Shown: positions 26,777 to 37,763, numbered from the stretch's first letter. The stretch is 64,000 bases of DNA from Gloeobacterales cyanobacterium (GCA_038245785.1 JBBRSB010000003.1:1-64000), one strand, 5' to 3'. Numbers and translations: made by a program. The notes: generated from the letters alone by a model not told the origin.

Positions 26777-29629
26777 ATGGATCCCCTAGCCCCTTATCAT
26801 TTGATTTACACAGACTGGACGCTGATCGAACCTCAGTTTGATGTCAAGCAATTGCATTCTAGGGAAACCGTATTTACGATCGGCAACGGTTACTTGGGCA
26901 CACGGGGCACCTTTGAAGAAGGCTATCCCCATGCCATACCTGCAACCCTAATCCATGGGGTATACGACGATGTGCCAGTCGTTTACACCGAACTGGCAAA
27001 TTGCCCTGATTGGCTGTCATTAGCAGTGATTGTCGACGGAGAACGGTTTCGGCTTGATCGAGGTGAAATTATTCACTATGAGCGACAGCTTGACTTGCGC
27101 TACGGAATACTCAGCCGCTCTGTGCGCTGGCGTAGCCCCACTGGACAGACCTTAGATTTGCGGTTTGAGCGTTTTGCTAGCTTGGCCGATGAGCATGTGC
27201 TGAGCCTACGCTGTCATCTAACGCCCGTCGATTTTGAGGGGACGATCGAACTTCAGTCCAGTATCAACGGCTATCCCGAAAATCAGGGCTTTAATCACTG
27301 GGAACGACTAGACCAGGGAAAGACGGAGCAGGGAATTTGGTTACAGATTCGCACCCGGAGTTCCCGCATTGAACTTGGAATAGCGACTGGAATGTCATTG
27401 GTCGGCGCTGATGCCTCGCTACAGGTTACGAATACTCCTGGTTATCCCACCTTGACTACTACCTACCTGGCAACGGCGGGGCAGACGGTGACGGTGGAAA
27501 AAGTGGTGACGGTTTTTACTTCGCAGGAGGGTGAGCAGCCCGTTCAGGCGGCTCAGGACAAACTGGCAACCCTGCCAACCTATACCGCTCTACTCAATGC
27601 TCACCAGCAGTCTTGGGATACCGTTTGGCAGTCCAGTGATATTGTGATCGAGGGCGATCTCACGGCTCAACTGGCGGTTCGCTACAGTCTGTTTCAACTC
27701 CTAATCGGGGCTTCCTCGCACAGCGATCGGGTGAGCGTGCCCGCGAAAACCCTTTCAGGATTCGGCTATCGAGGTCATGTTTTTTGGGATACCGAAATCT
27801 TTATCCTGCCCTTTTTTATTTTTACCCAACCAAACTTGGCTCGCAACTTGCTCTCCTACCGCTATCACACCCTAAACGGAGCGCGGCGCAAGGCAAGCCA
27901 TAGCGGCTATAAGGGCGCGATGTTTGCCTGGGAAAGCGCGGCGACTGGGGATGAGGTGACGCCTCGGTGGTCGCTGCCGAATGATCCCTATGCAGAAGAT
28001 GTGAGGATCTGGTGCCGCGATCGTGAGATTCACATTAGTGCCGATATTGTCTATGCGATCTGGAGCTATTGGCAGGCCACTGGTGACGATGCCTGGATGC
28101 GAGACTATGGAGCCGAAATCATCCTGGATACGGCGATCTTCTGGGGGAGTCGGGTCGAGTGGAATACCAGCCAAGAACGATACGAACTGCGCAATGTGAT
28201 TGGCACCGATGAATATCACGAGCAGGTCAATAACAATGCATTCACCAATCGGATGGTGCAGTGGCATCTGCAAAAAGCGCTGTCAGTCTACGCGTGGCTA
28301 TGTCAGACGTTTCCCGTTGGCGCTGCTGAGCTAGTCCAAACGCTGCAACTCACGCCAGAGGACCGATTGCATTGGCAAACAATTATCACGAGTTTATATA
28401 TTCCTAATGATGCCGCAACCGGATTAATCGAACAATTCGAGGGCTTTTTTAAGTTAGAAGATATCAACTTGAGCGACTATGAACCCCGCGATCGCTCGAT
28501 TCAAGCCATTTTGGGCATTGAAGCTACTAATAAGCGGCAGGTCCTGAAGCAACCCGATATCCTGATGCTCCTCTATCTGCTGCGCAGTACACAGGAATTT
28601 CCGTACAGTCGTGACGTGTTGCAAAAAAACTGGGATTACTATGCCCCCCGTACAGACATCACCTATGGTTCGTCCCTTGGTCCAGCCATTCACGCGATCC
28701 TGGCTGCTGATGTGGGTAAAGCGGCAGATAGCTACAACCATTTTATGCAGGCAGCTCTGGTCGATCTCGAAGACACCCGCAATAACACCAGCGATGGCAT
28801 TCATGCAGCTTCAGCAGGCGGTGTTTGGCAAGCCGTCGTTTTTGGCTTCGGAGGCATTCAACTCACCGAGCAGGGTCCCGTTGCGACTCCCCAGCTCCCT
28901 CCTACCTGGACCCGGCTAAAGTTCAAGCTCCACTGGCACGGTACTTGGCACAGCTTTGATCTATCCCCCTCACGCACTCCATCCCTCGATATTCGCGGCT
29001 TTATTTTCGATCTCGATGGCGTTTTGACCGACACCGCAGAATTTCACTACCGTGCTTGGCAACGGCTAGCGGATGAATCAGGGCTGCCTTTTAGTCGGCA
29101 GGCGAATGAAGCGCTACGGGGGGTTTCTCGGCGAGAATCACTCCTGCATATCGTCGGCGACCGCCCATACTCAGAAGAACAGTTGCAAGAGATGATGGAG
29201 CGGAAAAATCGCTACTACCTGGAATCGATCGAAACCATTACCGCTAAAGAAGTGTTGCCAGGAGCGGTTGATCTGTTAGATGAACTCAGGAAAGCGGGGA
29301 TTAAAATCGCGATCGGCTCTGCCAGCAAGAATGCACGCAGCGTGATTGAGAAGCTGGGCCTGGTCAAGTATGTGGATGCGATTGCTGACGGAAATAGCGT
29401 CCAGCGTCCTAAACCCGACCCAGATCTGTTTCTGCATGCCGCTGAGTTGCTGGGACTCAAACCTGCCCAATGTGTCGTAGTGGAAGACGCTGCTGTGGGT
29501 ATTGAAGCTGCCCTCGCAGCAGGGATGTGGGCCATTGGGCTCGGCCCCGTCGAGCGGGTTAAAGCTGCCCACCTTGTTCTCCCCAACCTGATAGGGGTTC
29601 ACTGGAGTGATCTACAGGCGAAGTTATAG
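26777..29629 (+). CDS. GH65 glycoside phosphorylase fused to a C-terminal beta-phosphoglucomutase
   Basis: GNGYLGTRG, YRGHVFWDTE, GTDEYHE, KQPD and GSSL (GH65); FDLDGVLTDTAEFHY, KPDPD and EDA (HAD beta-PGM). Confidence 0.92.
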   Translation: MDPLAPYHLIYTDWTLIEPQFDVKQLHSRETVFTIGNGYLGTRGTFEEGYPHAIPATLIHGVYDDVPVVYTELANCPDWLSLAVIVDGERFRLDRGEIIHYERQLDLRYGILSRSVRWRSPTGQTLDLRFERFASLADEHVLSLRCHLTPVDFEGTIELQSSINGYPENQGFNHWERLDQGKTEQGIWLQIRTRSSRIELGIATGMSLVGADASLQVTNTPGYPTLTTTYLATAGQTVTVEKVVTVFTSQEGEQPVQAAQDKLATLPTYTALLNAHQQSWDTVWQSSDIVIEGDLTAQLAVRYSLFQLLIGASSHSDRVSVPAKTLSGFGYRGHVFWDTEIFILPFFIFTQPNLARNLLSYRYHTLNGARRKASHSGYKGAMFAWESAATGDEVTPRWSLPNDPYAEDVRIWCRDREIHISADIVYAIWSYWQATGDDAWMRDYGAEIILDTAIFWGSRVEWNTSQERYELRNVIGTDEYHEQVNNNAFTNRMVQWHLQKALSVYAWLCQTFPVGAAELVQTLQLTPEDRLHWQTIITSLYIPNDAATGLIEQFEGFFKLEDINLSDYEPRDRSIQAILGIEATNKRQVLKQPDILMLLYLLRSTQEFPYSRDVLQKNWDYYAPRTDITYGSSLGPAIHAILAADVGKAADSYNHFMQAALVDLEDTRNNTSDGIHAASAGGVWQAVVFGFGGIQLTEQGPVATPQLPPTWTRLKFKLHWHGTWHSFDLSPSRTPSLDIRGFIFDLDGVLTDTAEFHYRAWQRLADESGLPFSRQANEALRGVSRRESLLHIVGDRPYSEEQLQEMMERKNRYYLESIETITAKEVLPGAVDLLDELRKAGIKIAIGSASKNARSVIEKLGLVKYVDAIADGNSVQRPKPDPDLFLHAAELLGLKPAQCVVVEDAAVGIEAALAAGMWAIGLGPVERVKAAHLVLPNLIGVHWSDLQAKL

Positions 29630-29646
29630 CCGTCGATGCCACCCCG

Positions 29647-30261
29647 TCAAAACTGGAATGGTTCAAACCAAGGGAAATGAAGATGACCAATGGTCAGAAA
29701 GTCTATAGCAATGTGCATGGCAACAATCGCAGTAACCGCACGATATCGCCACAATAGCCACATCCAAACAGCAGACATCAACGGGAGGATAAAGATCATT
29801 GGCAGGAAAGGTTCATGTTTTGGCAGCACCTGAAACCAAAATAAAGGATGGATCAAGCCAGAATATAAGACATAGCTTATATATCCACAGATAAAGATGC
29901 GGATAGGGTGATTTTGGAACTTTTGTCGTCCAACGTAGCACCCTAGCAAGAACCAAAAAATGAACATAAATTGCTCAAGGACACCGTTCAGGGTCGAAAA
30001 TGCGACGAGATCGGCAAGATGGTAATACCCCGCTGCCTGCTTCACCGTAAATAGAACATAAATTCCCGCTGTCAAAAGCGTTGCTATCCATCCTAGAAGC
30101 AGGGTGCGGAGATAGCCTTTTTTTTCTTGTTCTGGGGTGGAATGAGGGCTCAGCAATTGATCGGCAAACTTTCGTCCATTAATGACTAAAAGGGTTGCGA
30201 TTGTACAGAATAGCCAATAAATCCAGAAATTGGTCTCAATTGCCACGGGATTACCTCTCAA
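29647..30261 (-). CDS. Multi-pass membrane protein (possibly CPBP-like)
   Basis: About six TM segments; LEQF and a late AMHIAID motif. Confidence 0.7.
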   Translation of the reverse strand: MRGNPVAIETNFWIYWLFCTIATLLVINGRKFADQLLSPHSTPEQEKKGYLRTLLLGWIATLLTAGIYVLFTVKQAAGYYHLADLVAFSTLNGVLEQFMFIFWFLLGCYVGRQKFQNHPIRIFICGYISYVLYSGLIHPLFWFQVLPKHEPFLPMIFILPLMSAVWMWLLWRYRAVTAIVAMHIAIDFLTIGHLHFPWFEPFQF

Positions 30262-30271
30262 TTCTCTAGGA

Positions 30272-31897
30272 TTAATGGCTGCGAGGACGGATCATGAGGT
30301 GAACGCCTCCCTTAGGGAACATGGAAATAAATAAGCCAAATTTGCTGAGTTCAGGGTTAAGGGCAAAGCCAGGTACTAACTGAAAGTCAAATCGGTATAG
30401 CAGCATGGCCAAGGCAACTTTCATCTCATACAGGGCAAAGTGCTCGCCCAAACATCTGCGAGCACCGTCCCCAAAGGTTAACGGCAAGTAAGGCTTATCG
30501 TTTTTTCTTGGATTGTTTTCTTGCGTGCTGGCAGTAAGCCATTTCAGGGGACATTTTCCACGAGATTGCTCTTCAAACTGAGCATCTGGCTGCACTAGCG
30601 GATGCCCTCCCTCCAAATAGCGCTGAGGACAGAATTGTTCTGGCGCTTCTCCAAAGTATTGAGCATTCTGGTGCAGGGGCGTTAGCGTGATCGCAACTAC
30701 CTGTTTCTGAGGGATAGACCAACCCTCTAAACTATCTCCCTCGACACTGATTCTTTGCAAGCCTGCCATGGGCGGATACAGGCGCAGCGACTCCAGCAGA
30801 ATTCCATCCAAATAGGGAAGGTTTAGCAGATCCTCTTGGCTGAATTGCCCTTGTCTACCTCCCATCGCACGATCTAGCTCTGCCTGTACCTGAGTCAAGC
30901 ATTCAGGATGTTGCGCTAGAAGATACAAAGACATAGCCACACTCATAGCGACGGTTTCATGACCGTTCACGATCAGAGCAAGCAGGTTATCCCGCACTTC
31001 CTGATCTGTCAAAGGCGGGACATCTTCCGCGACTAACTCTGTTGACTGGAGCAACAAATCGAGCACATTTGCTGGATTTAGGGCAGATGGCTCCCTGTCT
31101 CGTCCTTGTCGAATCACTTCATATAAATACTGATCAATTTCGTCGAACGCCTCTGCCAGTTTGCGGTTAGAAGCCAAGGGCAAGTGTTTCCACCAAGAGG
31201 TAAATTGGTGGACAGGTCGAGTGCTTTGGTCAATGACGTATTGGAGATGATCGAACAAACGAGTAGCATTTCCGCTCAACGCGCCAAAGTCGTGCCCGAT
31301 CGCCGTTTTCCCGATAATATCCAGGAATAGCGCCATCAAATCAGGGTAGATATTGAGCGATGCGCCCTCATCGGATTGCTGAATGGCTTTATCCCATTGC
31401 GTTGCCAACTGCTCAACCTGGTAAACAAAGATGTCATGAAAATTCGTAGTGTGCTTTTTTGAAAACACTGCCTGAATCAATAGGCGAGAGCGTTTCCAAG
31501 GTTCTCCGTGCTCAGTCAGCACACTGGCCCCATAGAGACGCTGCAGCAGAGAATTAGGAGGAAATTTCTGGTAATTCTTTTGTTGGGTGACCAGAATCTG
31601 ACGTGCCATCTGATAGTTGGTGACCGAGATTTGCTGCCGCCACAACCAGAAGATTTGCACAATCTCACCAAATCTCTCGTGGAACCCATGATAGGCAGAC
31701 AACTGATTCTGGGACCGATAAACGTCCATTAAATTCCCGACCAGCAGCTTAGGCGTTTCACCCGGCACCGTTCTTCCGTCAAGATGATGAACGTAAGCGC
31801 GTGAGTGAGCGACTCGTCGAAAGTACCAGAAATAAATTCCAACCCAGGCTAAGACTAGGCTCAATGCCAAAAACGATAATGTCAAAAGCATCTTCAC
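30272..31897 (-). CDS. Cytochrome P450 with an N-terminal membrane anchor
   Basis: NGHETV I-helix, ESLR (ExxR), FGDGARRCLG heme motif, hydrophobic N-terminus. Confidence 0.93.
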   Translation of the reverse strand: MKMLLTLSFLALSLVLAWVGIYFWYFRRVAHSRAYVHHLDGRTVPGETPKLLVGNLMDVYRSQNQLSAYHGFHERFGEIVQIFWLWRQQISVTNYQMARQILVTQQKNYQKFPPNSLLQRLYGASVLTEHGEPWKRSRLLIQAVFSKKHTTNFHDIFVYQVEQLATQWDKAIQQSDEGASLNIYPDLMALFLDIIGKTAIGHDFGALSGNATRLFDHLQYVIDQSTRPVHQFTSWWKHLPLASNRKLAEAFDEIDQYLYEVIRQGRDREPSALNPANVLDLLLQSTELVAEDVPPLTDQEVRDNLLALIVNGHETVAMSVAMSLYLLAQHPECLTQVQAELDRAMGGRQGQFSQEDLLNLPYLDGILLESLRLYPPMAGLQRISVEGDSLEGWSIPQKQVVAITLTPLHQNAQYFGEAPEQFCPQRYLEGGHPLVQPDAQFEEQSRGKCPLKWLTASTQENNPRKNDKPYLPLTFGDGARRCLGEHFALYEMKVALAMLLYRFDFQLVPGFALNPELSKFGLFISMFPKGGVHLMIRPRSH

Positions 31898-32160
31898 GTC
31901 CTGTTTCGACTAGCGATGAGGTTAGTTCGGATGCTGCCCGCAACCCTAAAATTGCCGAGCTTAGCCTATAAGCCGACGACCGATAGAGTGGCCCTACGGG
32001 TGTCATGAAATGAATGATGGGCAGGCATTTCCCAATTGGAGCATCCTTTCAGGCTGAAAACGGTGTTCTACAATTCATATGGGCTTGCCAATCTAAACCG
32101 CAGCTTCAACAATTAAGCTAGGTGATCATCACTGTTAGGCGCAGCTAGCGGTTCGTTAGT

Positions 32161-33951
32161 CTAATGAACTTCAGCTGTGGCTGCCCCTAGTTGGATAGCA
32201 TAGAGGTTCGCGTAAATACCCTGTTGTGTGATCAGCTGATCGTGGGTACCGTGCTCCACGATTTGCCCCTGCTGAATCACTAACACCTGATCTGCCTGGG
32301 TAACAGTGCTGAGGCGGTGAGCAATCACAAAGCTGGTACGGCCCTGGAGCAAGCGAGCAATCGCCGTTTGTACCAGCGCTTCTGTCCGCGTATCAATGCT
32401 GCTGGTCGCTTCGTCGAGAATCAGAATCCGTGGATCGATCAATACAGCACGGGCAATGCTGATCAACTGTCTCTGCCCCTGACTAAACGGCGCACCCCGT
32501 TCGCCTAACTGAGTCGCATAGCCCTGCGGAAGCAAGGTGATGAACTCATGGACATTGGCTGCTTGAGCCGCCACTTCGATCTCTGCCTGCGTCGCCTGTG
32601 GACGGCCAAAGGCAATATTTTCAGCCACTGTACCGCTGAACAAGAGATTGTCTTGCAGAACAATCCCAATTTGGCGGCGCAAACTCGCCTGCGTCACGCT
32701 GCGCACATCGATCCCATCGATTTTGACGGCACCCCCAGACACATCGTAGAAACGCAAAATCAGATTGATAATACTACTTTTGCCTGCGCCCGTCGGACCG
32801 ACCAGCGCGATCATCTGTCCTGGTTGAGCATGCAGATTAACCTCTTTGAGCACCTGTTTCTGGGAAGTGTAGCCAAAGGTGACGTTCTCGAACGTTACCT
32901 CCCCCCGCATCGCTGGCATCTCCGTAGCGGTGGGAGCGTCTTGGAGCTGTATGGACTCATCTAGTAATGAAAAGATTCGCTCTAATGCGGCAAAGGCAGA
33001 CTGTGCTTGAGTATAAAACTGGCTGAGGATCTGGATCGGGCGGAAAAACTGCTGCACATAAAGCAAGAAAGAGGTCACCACACCCACGGTAATTGCTCCG
33101 GTCACTGCCAGATAGCCTCCATAGGCCAGTACACCTGCTGTCGCCAGGGTGTTGAGAAGATCAATCGAGGGCAAAAATGCGGCCGTAATTACAACGGCTT
33201 GCACATTGGCGTCCCGATTGGCGGCGTTCAAGATGCCAAATTCTTCAATGTTGAGCTGGACATGATTAAAAGCCTGGGCTTCCCGCACGCTGCCAATATC
33301 TTCTTCTAGTCGGGCCGAAAGGTTGCCTATCGTCTGGCGCGTGACCCGAAATCTCGTTCTTGCCCAACGAGCAAACAGGGCCGTAGTAAAAATCATCAGC
33401 GGTATGGCCAGATTGCTCACCAGACCAAGTTGTAGATTGATGGCAAGCATGGCAATAACGATGCCAATTAAGCTAAATAAATTGCCCAACATTTGAGCAA
33501 TCGTCAGTCCAAAGGCCTGGTTGACCGTGTTGACATCATTGAGTAGACGGCTCATCAAGTCGCCTGCCTCGCTCCGATCGAAAAAGCTCAGGGGCAGACT
33601 CTGAATTTTCGTGAAAATGTCTTGCCGCAGCTGCGCGAGTACGCGCTGCATAATCGAACCAACCCGCAAAATTTGACCCCGGATGGCTAACAAACCTGTC
33701 AGGTAAATCAGTGCCAATAGTCCTAAGAGCAGCAGCAATCCCCGCAGATCTCCCTGGGCAATGAAACGATCTAGCGACCAGCCGATAAAGAATGGTCCAA
33801 TAGCCTGGGTTGCAGCCCCAATCAAGATGAAGGTAAGAGCGAGCGGAATTTCTTGGCGATAGGGGCGCAGGTACTGTAAAAAACGCAGCAGCGTGGAGAC
33901 TGGCCGACCTGCATTTTGCTCGGCAGCGACGATAGGACCGATAGTTCTCAT
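32161..33951 (-). CDS. ABC exporter, fused TMD-NBD
   Basis: GPTGAGKS, FSQGQRQ, ILDEATS, IAHRLST. Confidence 0.93.
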   Translation of the reverse strand: MRTIGPIVAAEQNAGRPVSTLLRFLQYLRPYRQEIPLALTFILIGAATQAIGPFFIGWSLDRFIAQGDLRGLLLLLGLLALIYLTGLLAIRGQILRVGSIMQRVLAQLRQDIFTKIQSLPLSFFDRSEAGDLMSRLLNDVNTVNQAFGLTIAQMLGNLFSLIGIVIAMLAINLQLGLVSNLAIPLMIFTTALFARWARTRFRVTRQTIGNLSARLEEDIGSVREAQAFNHVQLNIEEFGILNAANRDANVQAVVITAAFLPSIDLLNTLATAGVLAYGGYLAVTGAITVGVVTSFLLYVQQFFRPIQILSQFYTQAQSAFAALERIFSLLDESIQLQDAPTATEMPAMRGEVTFENVTFGYTSQKQVLKEVNLHAQPGQMIALVGPTGAGKSSIINLILRFYDVSGGAVKIDGIDVRSVTQASLRRQIGIVLQDNLLFSGTVAENIAFGRPQATQAEIEVAAQAANVHEFITLLPQGYATQLGERGAPFSQGQRQLISIARAVLIDPRILILDEATSSIDTRTEALVQTAIARLLQGRTSFVIAHRLSTVTQADQVLVIQQGQIVEHGTHDQLITQQGIYANLYAIQLGAATAEVH

Positions 33952-33958
33952 ATAGTGT

Positions 33959-35755
33959 TCATGCCTTCGCTCCCAGCTTCACCTGTGATTCCAAAATCGC
34001 CCCGTAAAGAGGACTCGTGCGCATCAATTGATCATGGGTGCCTTGGGCAACGAGTCGCCCTTTGTCCATCAGGAAAATGCGATCGGCATTGCGAACGGTA
34101 CTGATGCGTTGAGCAACTACAAAGGTTGTGCACGCCTTTTGTTTCATTAGGTGATCGAGCGCTGCTTGAATTTGGGCGGCTGTTTGGGCATCCACAGCCG
34201 AAGTACTGTCATCCAGAATCAGAATGCTGTAATCTGCCAGCAAGGTGCGGGCGATTGCGATCCGCTGCTTTTGTCCTCCCGATAAGCCCACCCCACGCTC
34301 CCCGACAACCGTCTCGTAGCCCTTGGGCAAGCCCATAATAAAGTCGTGGATTTGCGCCGTTTTTGCGACTTCCATTACTTGCTCTAAGGTTGCCTTGGGT
34401 TTGGCATAGGCAATGTTTTCGCGGAGTGTGCCAGAGAAGAGCCTGGTTTCTTGAAAGACAAGGCCAATGTGCGCTCGCAGACTCGCTAAGGTGAAATCCC
34501 GCACATCCTGCCCATCGATGCGAACGGCTCCTGCGGTGACATCATAAAAGCGCGGAATCAAGTTCATGATCGTGCTTTTTCCGGAAGCGGTCATGCCCAG
34601 TACGGCGATTAGTTCCTTGGGTCTGGTTTCAAAGGACACCGCTTTCAGCGCCTCGGTAGTTGCTCCTGGATAGGAAAAGGAGACATCTTCAAACGTGATT
34701 CTGCCAACACAGGTCTGAAAGGGAATCGCATTGGGGCGGTCGCGAATTTCAATCTCGGCATCCACCACTTCGTAAATCCGTTCGGCGGAAGCAGCGGCTT
34801 GCGCGATCGCTGGTGTAGCAAAGCCGATCAGCAAGATGGGTTGCAGAATAAGAGCTAGATAGGAGTTAAACGCCACCAGCTCGCCAATGGAGAATCGGCC
34901 TCCAATCACCTCTGCCCCCCCGTAGCCAAAAACGACCAAGGTCACAAGATTACTCAACAAAAAGATCACGGGAAAGGTATTGCGAATGGCCCGAATCGTT
35001 TCCATATTTGCCTGGAGCAGTTCGTCATTCAGGATCGTGTAGCGTTTTGTTTCTACTGACTCCCGCACAAATGCTTTCACTACCCGAATGCCTAGCAAGT
35101 TCTCTTGCAAAACCCCATTGAGATTGCTCAATTGCTCCTGGACTTGCCGAAATAGTTTGTCATTGCGCGTTAGAAACTGGGCTAATAACCATCCCGCCAT
35201 CGGTATCACGGTCAGGGTGATCAATGCCAGCTGCCAGTTCATCACCAGCAGAATCACAGCGACGCTTACCAGGGTCACCACAGAACCAATCACTTGAATC
35301 AGGCTGGTCCCAAGGAACGTGCGCACTTGTTCAATGTCGTTGGTGACGCGGGTCAACAGTTGAGCGGTTTGCGCTTGGTCATGATAGCTAAAACTGAGAT
35401 TTTGAATTTTGCTGAAAATTTTGTTTCGCAGGTCGTAGGCAACTCCCTGAGAGGCTGCTTCTGCCCAAAAACTTTGACCAAAGTTAAATAAACCACGGCT
35501 AATAGCTGTAACCACCATCGCGCCTGCGCTGTAGAGCACAATCTGCAGATCATTTTTCGCAATGCCTTGATCAATACCCCACCGAAACAGTTGTGGAGTC
35601 ACAGCATTGGCCGCTGTCAGGAGTAGCAAGCTGGCTAGAGCGCCGAGTGAAAGCCAGCGGTACGCATTCAAACTCTGTACTACGCGCTGGAGCGATTGGA
35701 GTGAGGAAGATTCGTGGATCTTCGTTTGCTTTATCCCTGAAGTTGAACCTGACAT
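33959..35755 (-). CDS. ABC exporter, fused TMD-NBD (degenerate-site partner of a heterodimer)
   Basis: GMTASGKS, LSGGQKQ, ILDDSTS, VAQRIST. Confidence 0.93.
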   Translation of the reverse strand: MSGSTSGIKQTKIHESSSLQSLQRVVQSLNAYRWLSLGALASLLLLTAANAVTPQLFRWGIDQGIAKNDLQIVLYSAGAMVVTAISRGLFNFGQSFWAEAASQGVAYDLRNKIFSKIQNLSFSYHDQAQTAQLLTRVTNDIEQVRTFLGTSLIQVIGSVVTLVSVAVILLVMNWQLALITLTVIPMAGWLLAQFLTRNDKLFRQVQEQLSNLNGVLQENLLGIRVVKAFVRESVETKRYTILNDELLQANMETIRAIRNTFPVIFLLSNLVTLVVFGYGGAEVIGGRFSIGELVAFNSYLALILQPILLIGFATPAIAQAAASAERIYEVVDAEIEIRDRPNAIPFQTCVGRITFEDVSFSYPGATTEALKAVSFETRPKELIAVLGMTASGKSTIMNLIPRFYDVTAGAVRIDGQDVRDFTLASLRAHIGLVFQETRLFSGTLRENIAYAKPKATLEQVMEVAKTAQIHDFIMGLPKGYETVVGERGVGLSGGQKQRIAIARTLLADYSILILDDSTSAVDAQTAAQIQAALDHLMKQKACTTFVVAQRISTVRNADRIFLMDKGRLVAQGTHDQLMRTSPLYGAILESQVKLGAKA

Positions 35756-35868
35756 CTTTGAAAAGTTGCTTTTACCTCTAGACTAACTCTGAAGACTGGG
35801 ATTCAGTAGCCTCTTTCGTAATCATTCGAGATCTTTCCCTGGGGAGAAGTGTTTGGGGAATATAGACC

Positions 35869-35892
35869 AAAAAAGGGGCCGAAGCCCCCTTT
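35869..35892 (-). terminator. Intrinsic terminator after the fasciclin gene
   Basis: Minus strand GGGGC-TTCG-GCCCC followed by a T run. Confidence 0.85.
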
Positions 35893-35915
35893 ATACAAAT
35901 TTGTACAGTAGACAT

Positions 35916-36407
35916 TTACTTAGGCATTAAGACCTTATCCACTACATGGATAACTCCATTGTCAGCGGCTATATCAGCTTTAGTAACGTAGGCATCGTTA
36001 ACTTCCACTTTCTTGTCTTCAAGCTTGATGGCAAGGTTGCCACCTTCAACCGTTTTTACATTTCCAGTCTTGATATCTTTGGACAGAACTTTCCCCGGAA
36101 CCACATGGTAGGTAAGGATTTTTGTCAACTTAGCTTTGTTCTCAGGCTTCAGAAGATCTTCTACCGTGCCTTTGGGGAGCTTGGCAAAGGCTTCATCCGT
36201 GGGAGCGAAAACTGTGAAGGGACCTTTACCCTTGAGAACTTTCACCAAATCAGCAGCTTTCAAAGCGGTTGTCAGGGTCTTAAAAGATCCTGCTTTCACA
36301 GCAGTGTCGACCAGATCTGCTGCTTGGACAGCGGGAGCAGAAACGATCAACAACAAAGAAGCTCCCAAACCTAAGGCTTGCTTACCCAACATCGTGTAAA
36401 ACTCCAT
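35916..36407 (-). CDS. Secreted fasciclin (FAS1) domain protein
   Basis: Signal peptide; [31 protein letters not shown]. Confidence 0.93.
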   Translation of the reverse strand: MEFYTMLGKQALGLGASLLLIVSAPAVQAADLVDTAVKAGSFKTLTTALKAADLVKVLKGKGPFTVFAPTDEAFAKLPKGTVEDLLKPENKAKLTKILTYHVVPGKVLSKDIKTGNVKTVEGGNLAIKLEDKKVEVNDAYVTKADIAADNGVIHVVDKVLMPK

Positions 36408-37004
36408 TCATACTTGTTTGTTACCTTTCGCAAGATAACTTAATTTTTATATCAGGTGCAACCCTATACAGCCAAAATGCAAGATAAGACATTGGATTGC
36501 CTTGTTTATAGCTTTATAGGCGAGTTTTTCAGAAATCTATTACTGAAAAAGCATGCATATTTTGAGCTGATAGGCCTCTATTTTAGCCATTCCGGTTTCG
36601 GGCGCAGCGTCAGCAGCACCTCTCATATTGATTGAATTAATCCACAGTAATAACTACCAAAACCTAGTATTTACACGCAGGGCAAATAACTGTATAGCAA
36701 CGCGGAAAGCCATAATCCAGTGAGTTTACGGATTTTACTTCTTTCAAAATTGGCATATCTTTCTTAAACTATACTTAATCATGGCTTACTCTATCCTTAA
36801 ACGGATAAAGCAAGTCCATTGATTCTTGTCTCGCCTGTAAAAGGAGCTGCATTTTTTCTTTGGAGAGCCTTCTGCTGACATTTTCCTGTACAAAAATTAC
36901 CTTTGATCCATACCGATTGAGAGCACTGTACTTATATGAAGCAGAGAAATTGCGCCAGTATCAACCTAGTCTTTCTCATCCTCCTTTGATTTCCGTGGAC
37001 ATCG

Positions 37005-37760
37005 ATGAATCTAACAATTCCTTACTCACCCCAAAAAGCAACAAGAATTTTATTTTCTGTCATATTATTTTTGACCTCTGCTGACATCCTTGGCCAAATT
37101 TCTAAATATTTTTGGAATCATGAAAGATTACTGGGCTTTGTGAAACTTTTTGACCTTGATCTTGAAGGCAATATTCCCAGCTGGTACTCATCTGTTGCTC
37201 TACTTTTCTGCGCTTTTCTACTTGCCAATATTACTTCCGTAAAAAAAGACTCACCATACAGTTCTCACTGGAAAGCACTTTCTCTTGTCTTTATCTATCT
37301 ATCGATAGATGAATCCGCACAACTTCATGAAAGATTGAACTACCTCATACATCCACTGATTCATGACAGTAGAGCTCTGAACATCCTTTGGGTTGTCCCT
37401 GGTTCCATTTTTGTAATGACCATTCTACTTACCTATCTAAAATTCTTGAGCCATATTCCCAATAAAATTAAGTTCCTTTTTCTTACTGCTGGAACTATTT
37501 ATGTAGGAGGGGCTGTGGGATTAGAACTGATTGGTAATTATCTTGTAGGAGACTCAGAGATCCATACTTTTTTATCTCAAATGGTTGTAGCTGCAGAAGA
37601 ATTTCTTGAAATGTTTGGCATTGTTGTTTTTATTTATGCTCTGCTCTCTTATATAGAGAACATATCGTTAGATAGTCTTGCTTCCGTTGATAAACACGAG
37701 AAGGTATATACAGGAGCCTCGGTTGAGATTAAGGCTAATCAAGTAGCCATTAGAGAGTAA
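37005..37760 (+). CDS. Multi-pass membrane protein, tandem paralogue 1
   Basis: LDLEGNIPSWYS, SIDE..LHE and EEFLEMFG motifs; AT-rich. Confidence 0.82.
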   Translation: MNLTIPYSPQKATRILFSVILFLTSADILGQISKYFWNHERLLGFVKLFDLDLEGNIPSWYSSVALLFCAFLLANITSVKKDSPYSSHWKALSLVFIYLSIDESAQLHERLNYLIHPLIHDSRALNILWVVPGSIFVMTILLTYLKFLSHIPNKIKFLFLTAGTIYVGGAVGLELIGNYLVGDSEIHTFLSQMVVAAEEFLEMFGIVVFIYALLSYIENISLDSLASVDKHEKVYTGASVEIKANQVAIRE

Positions 37761-37763
37761 GTA

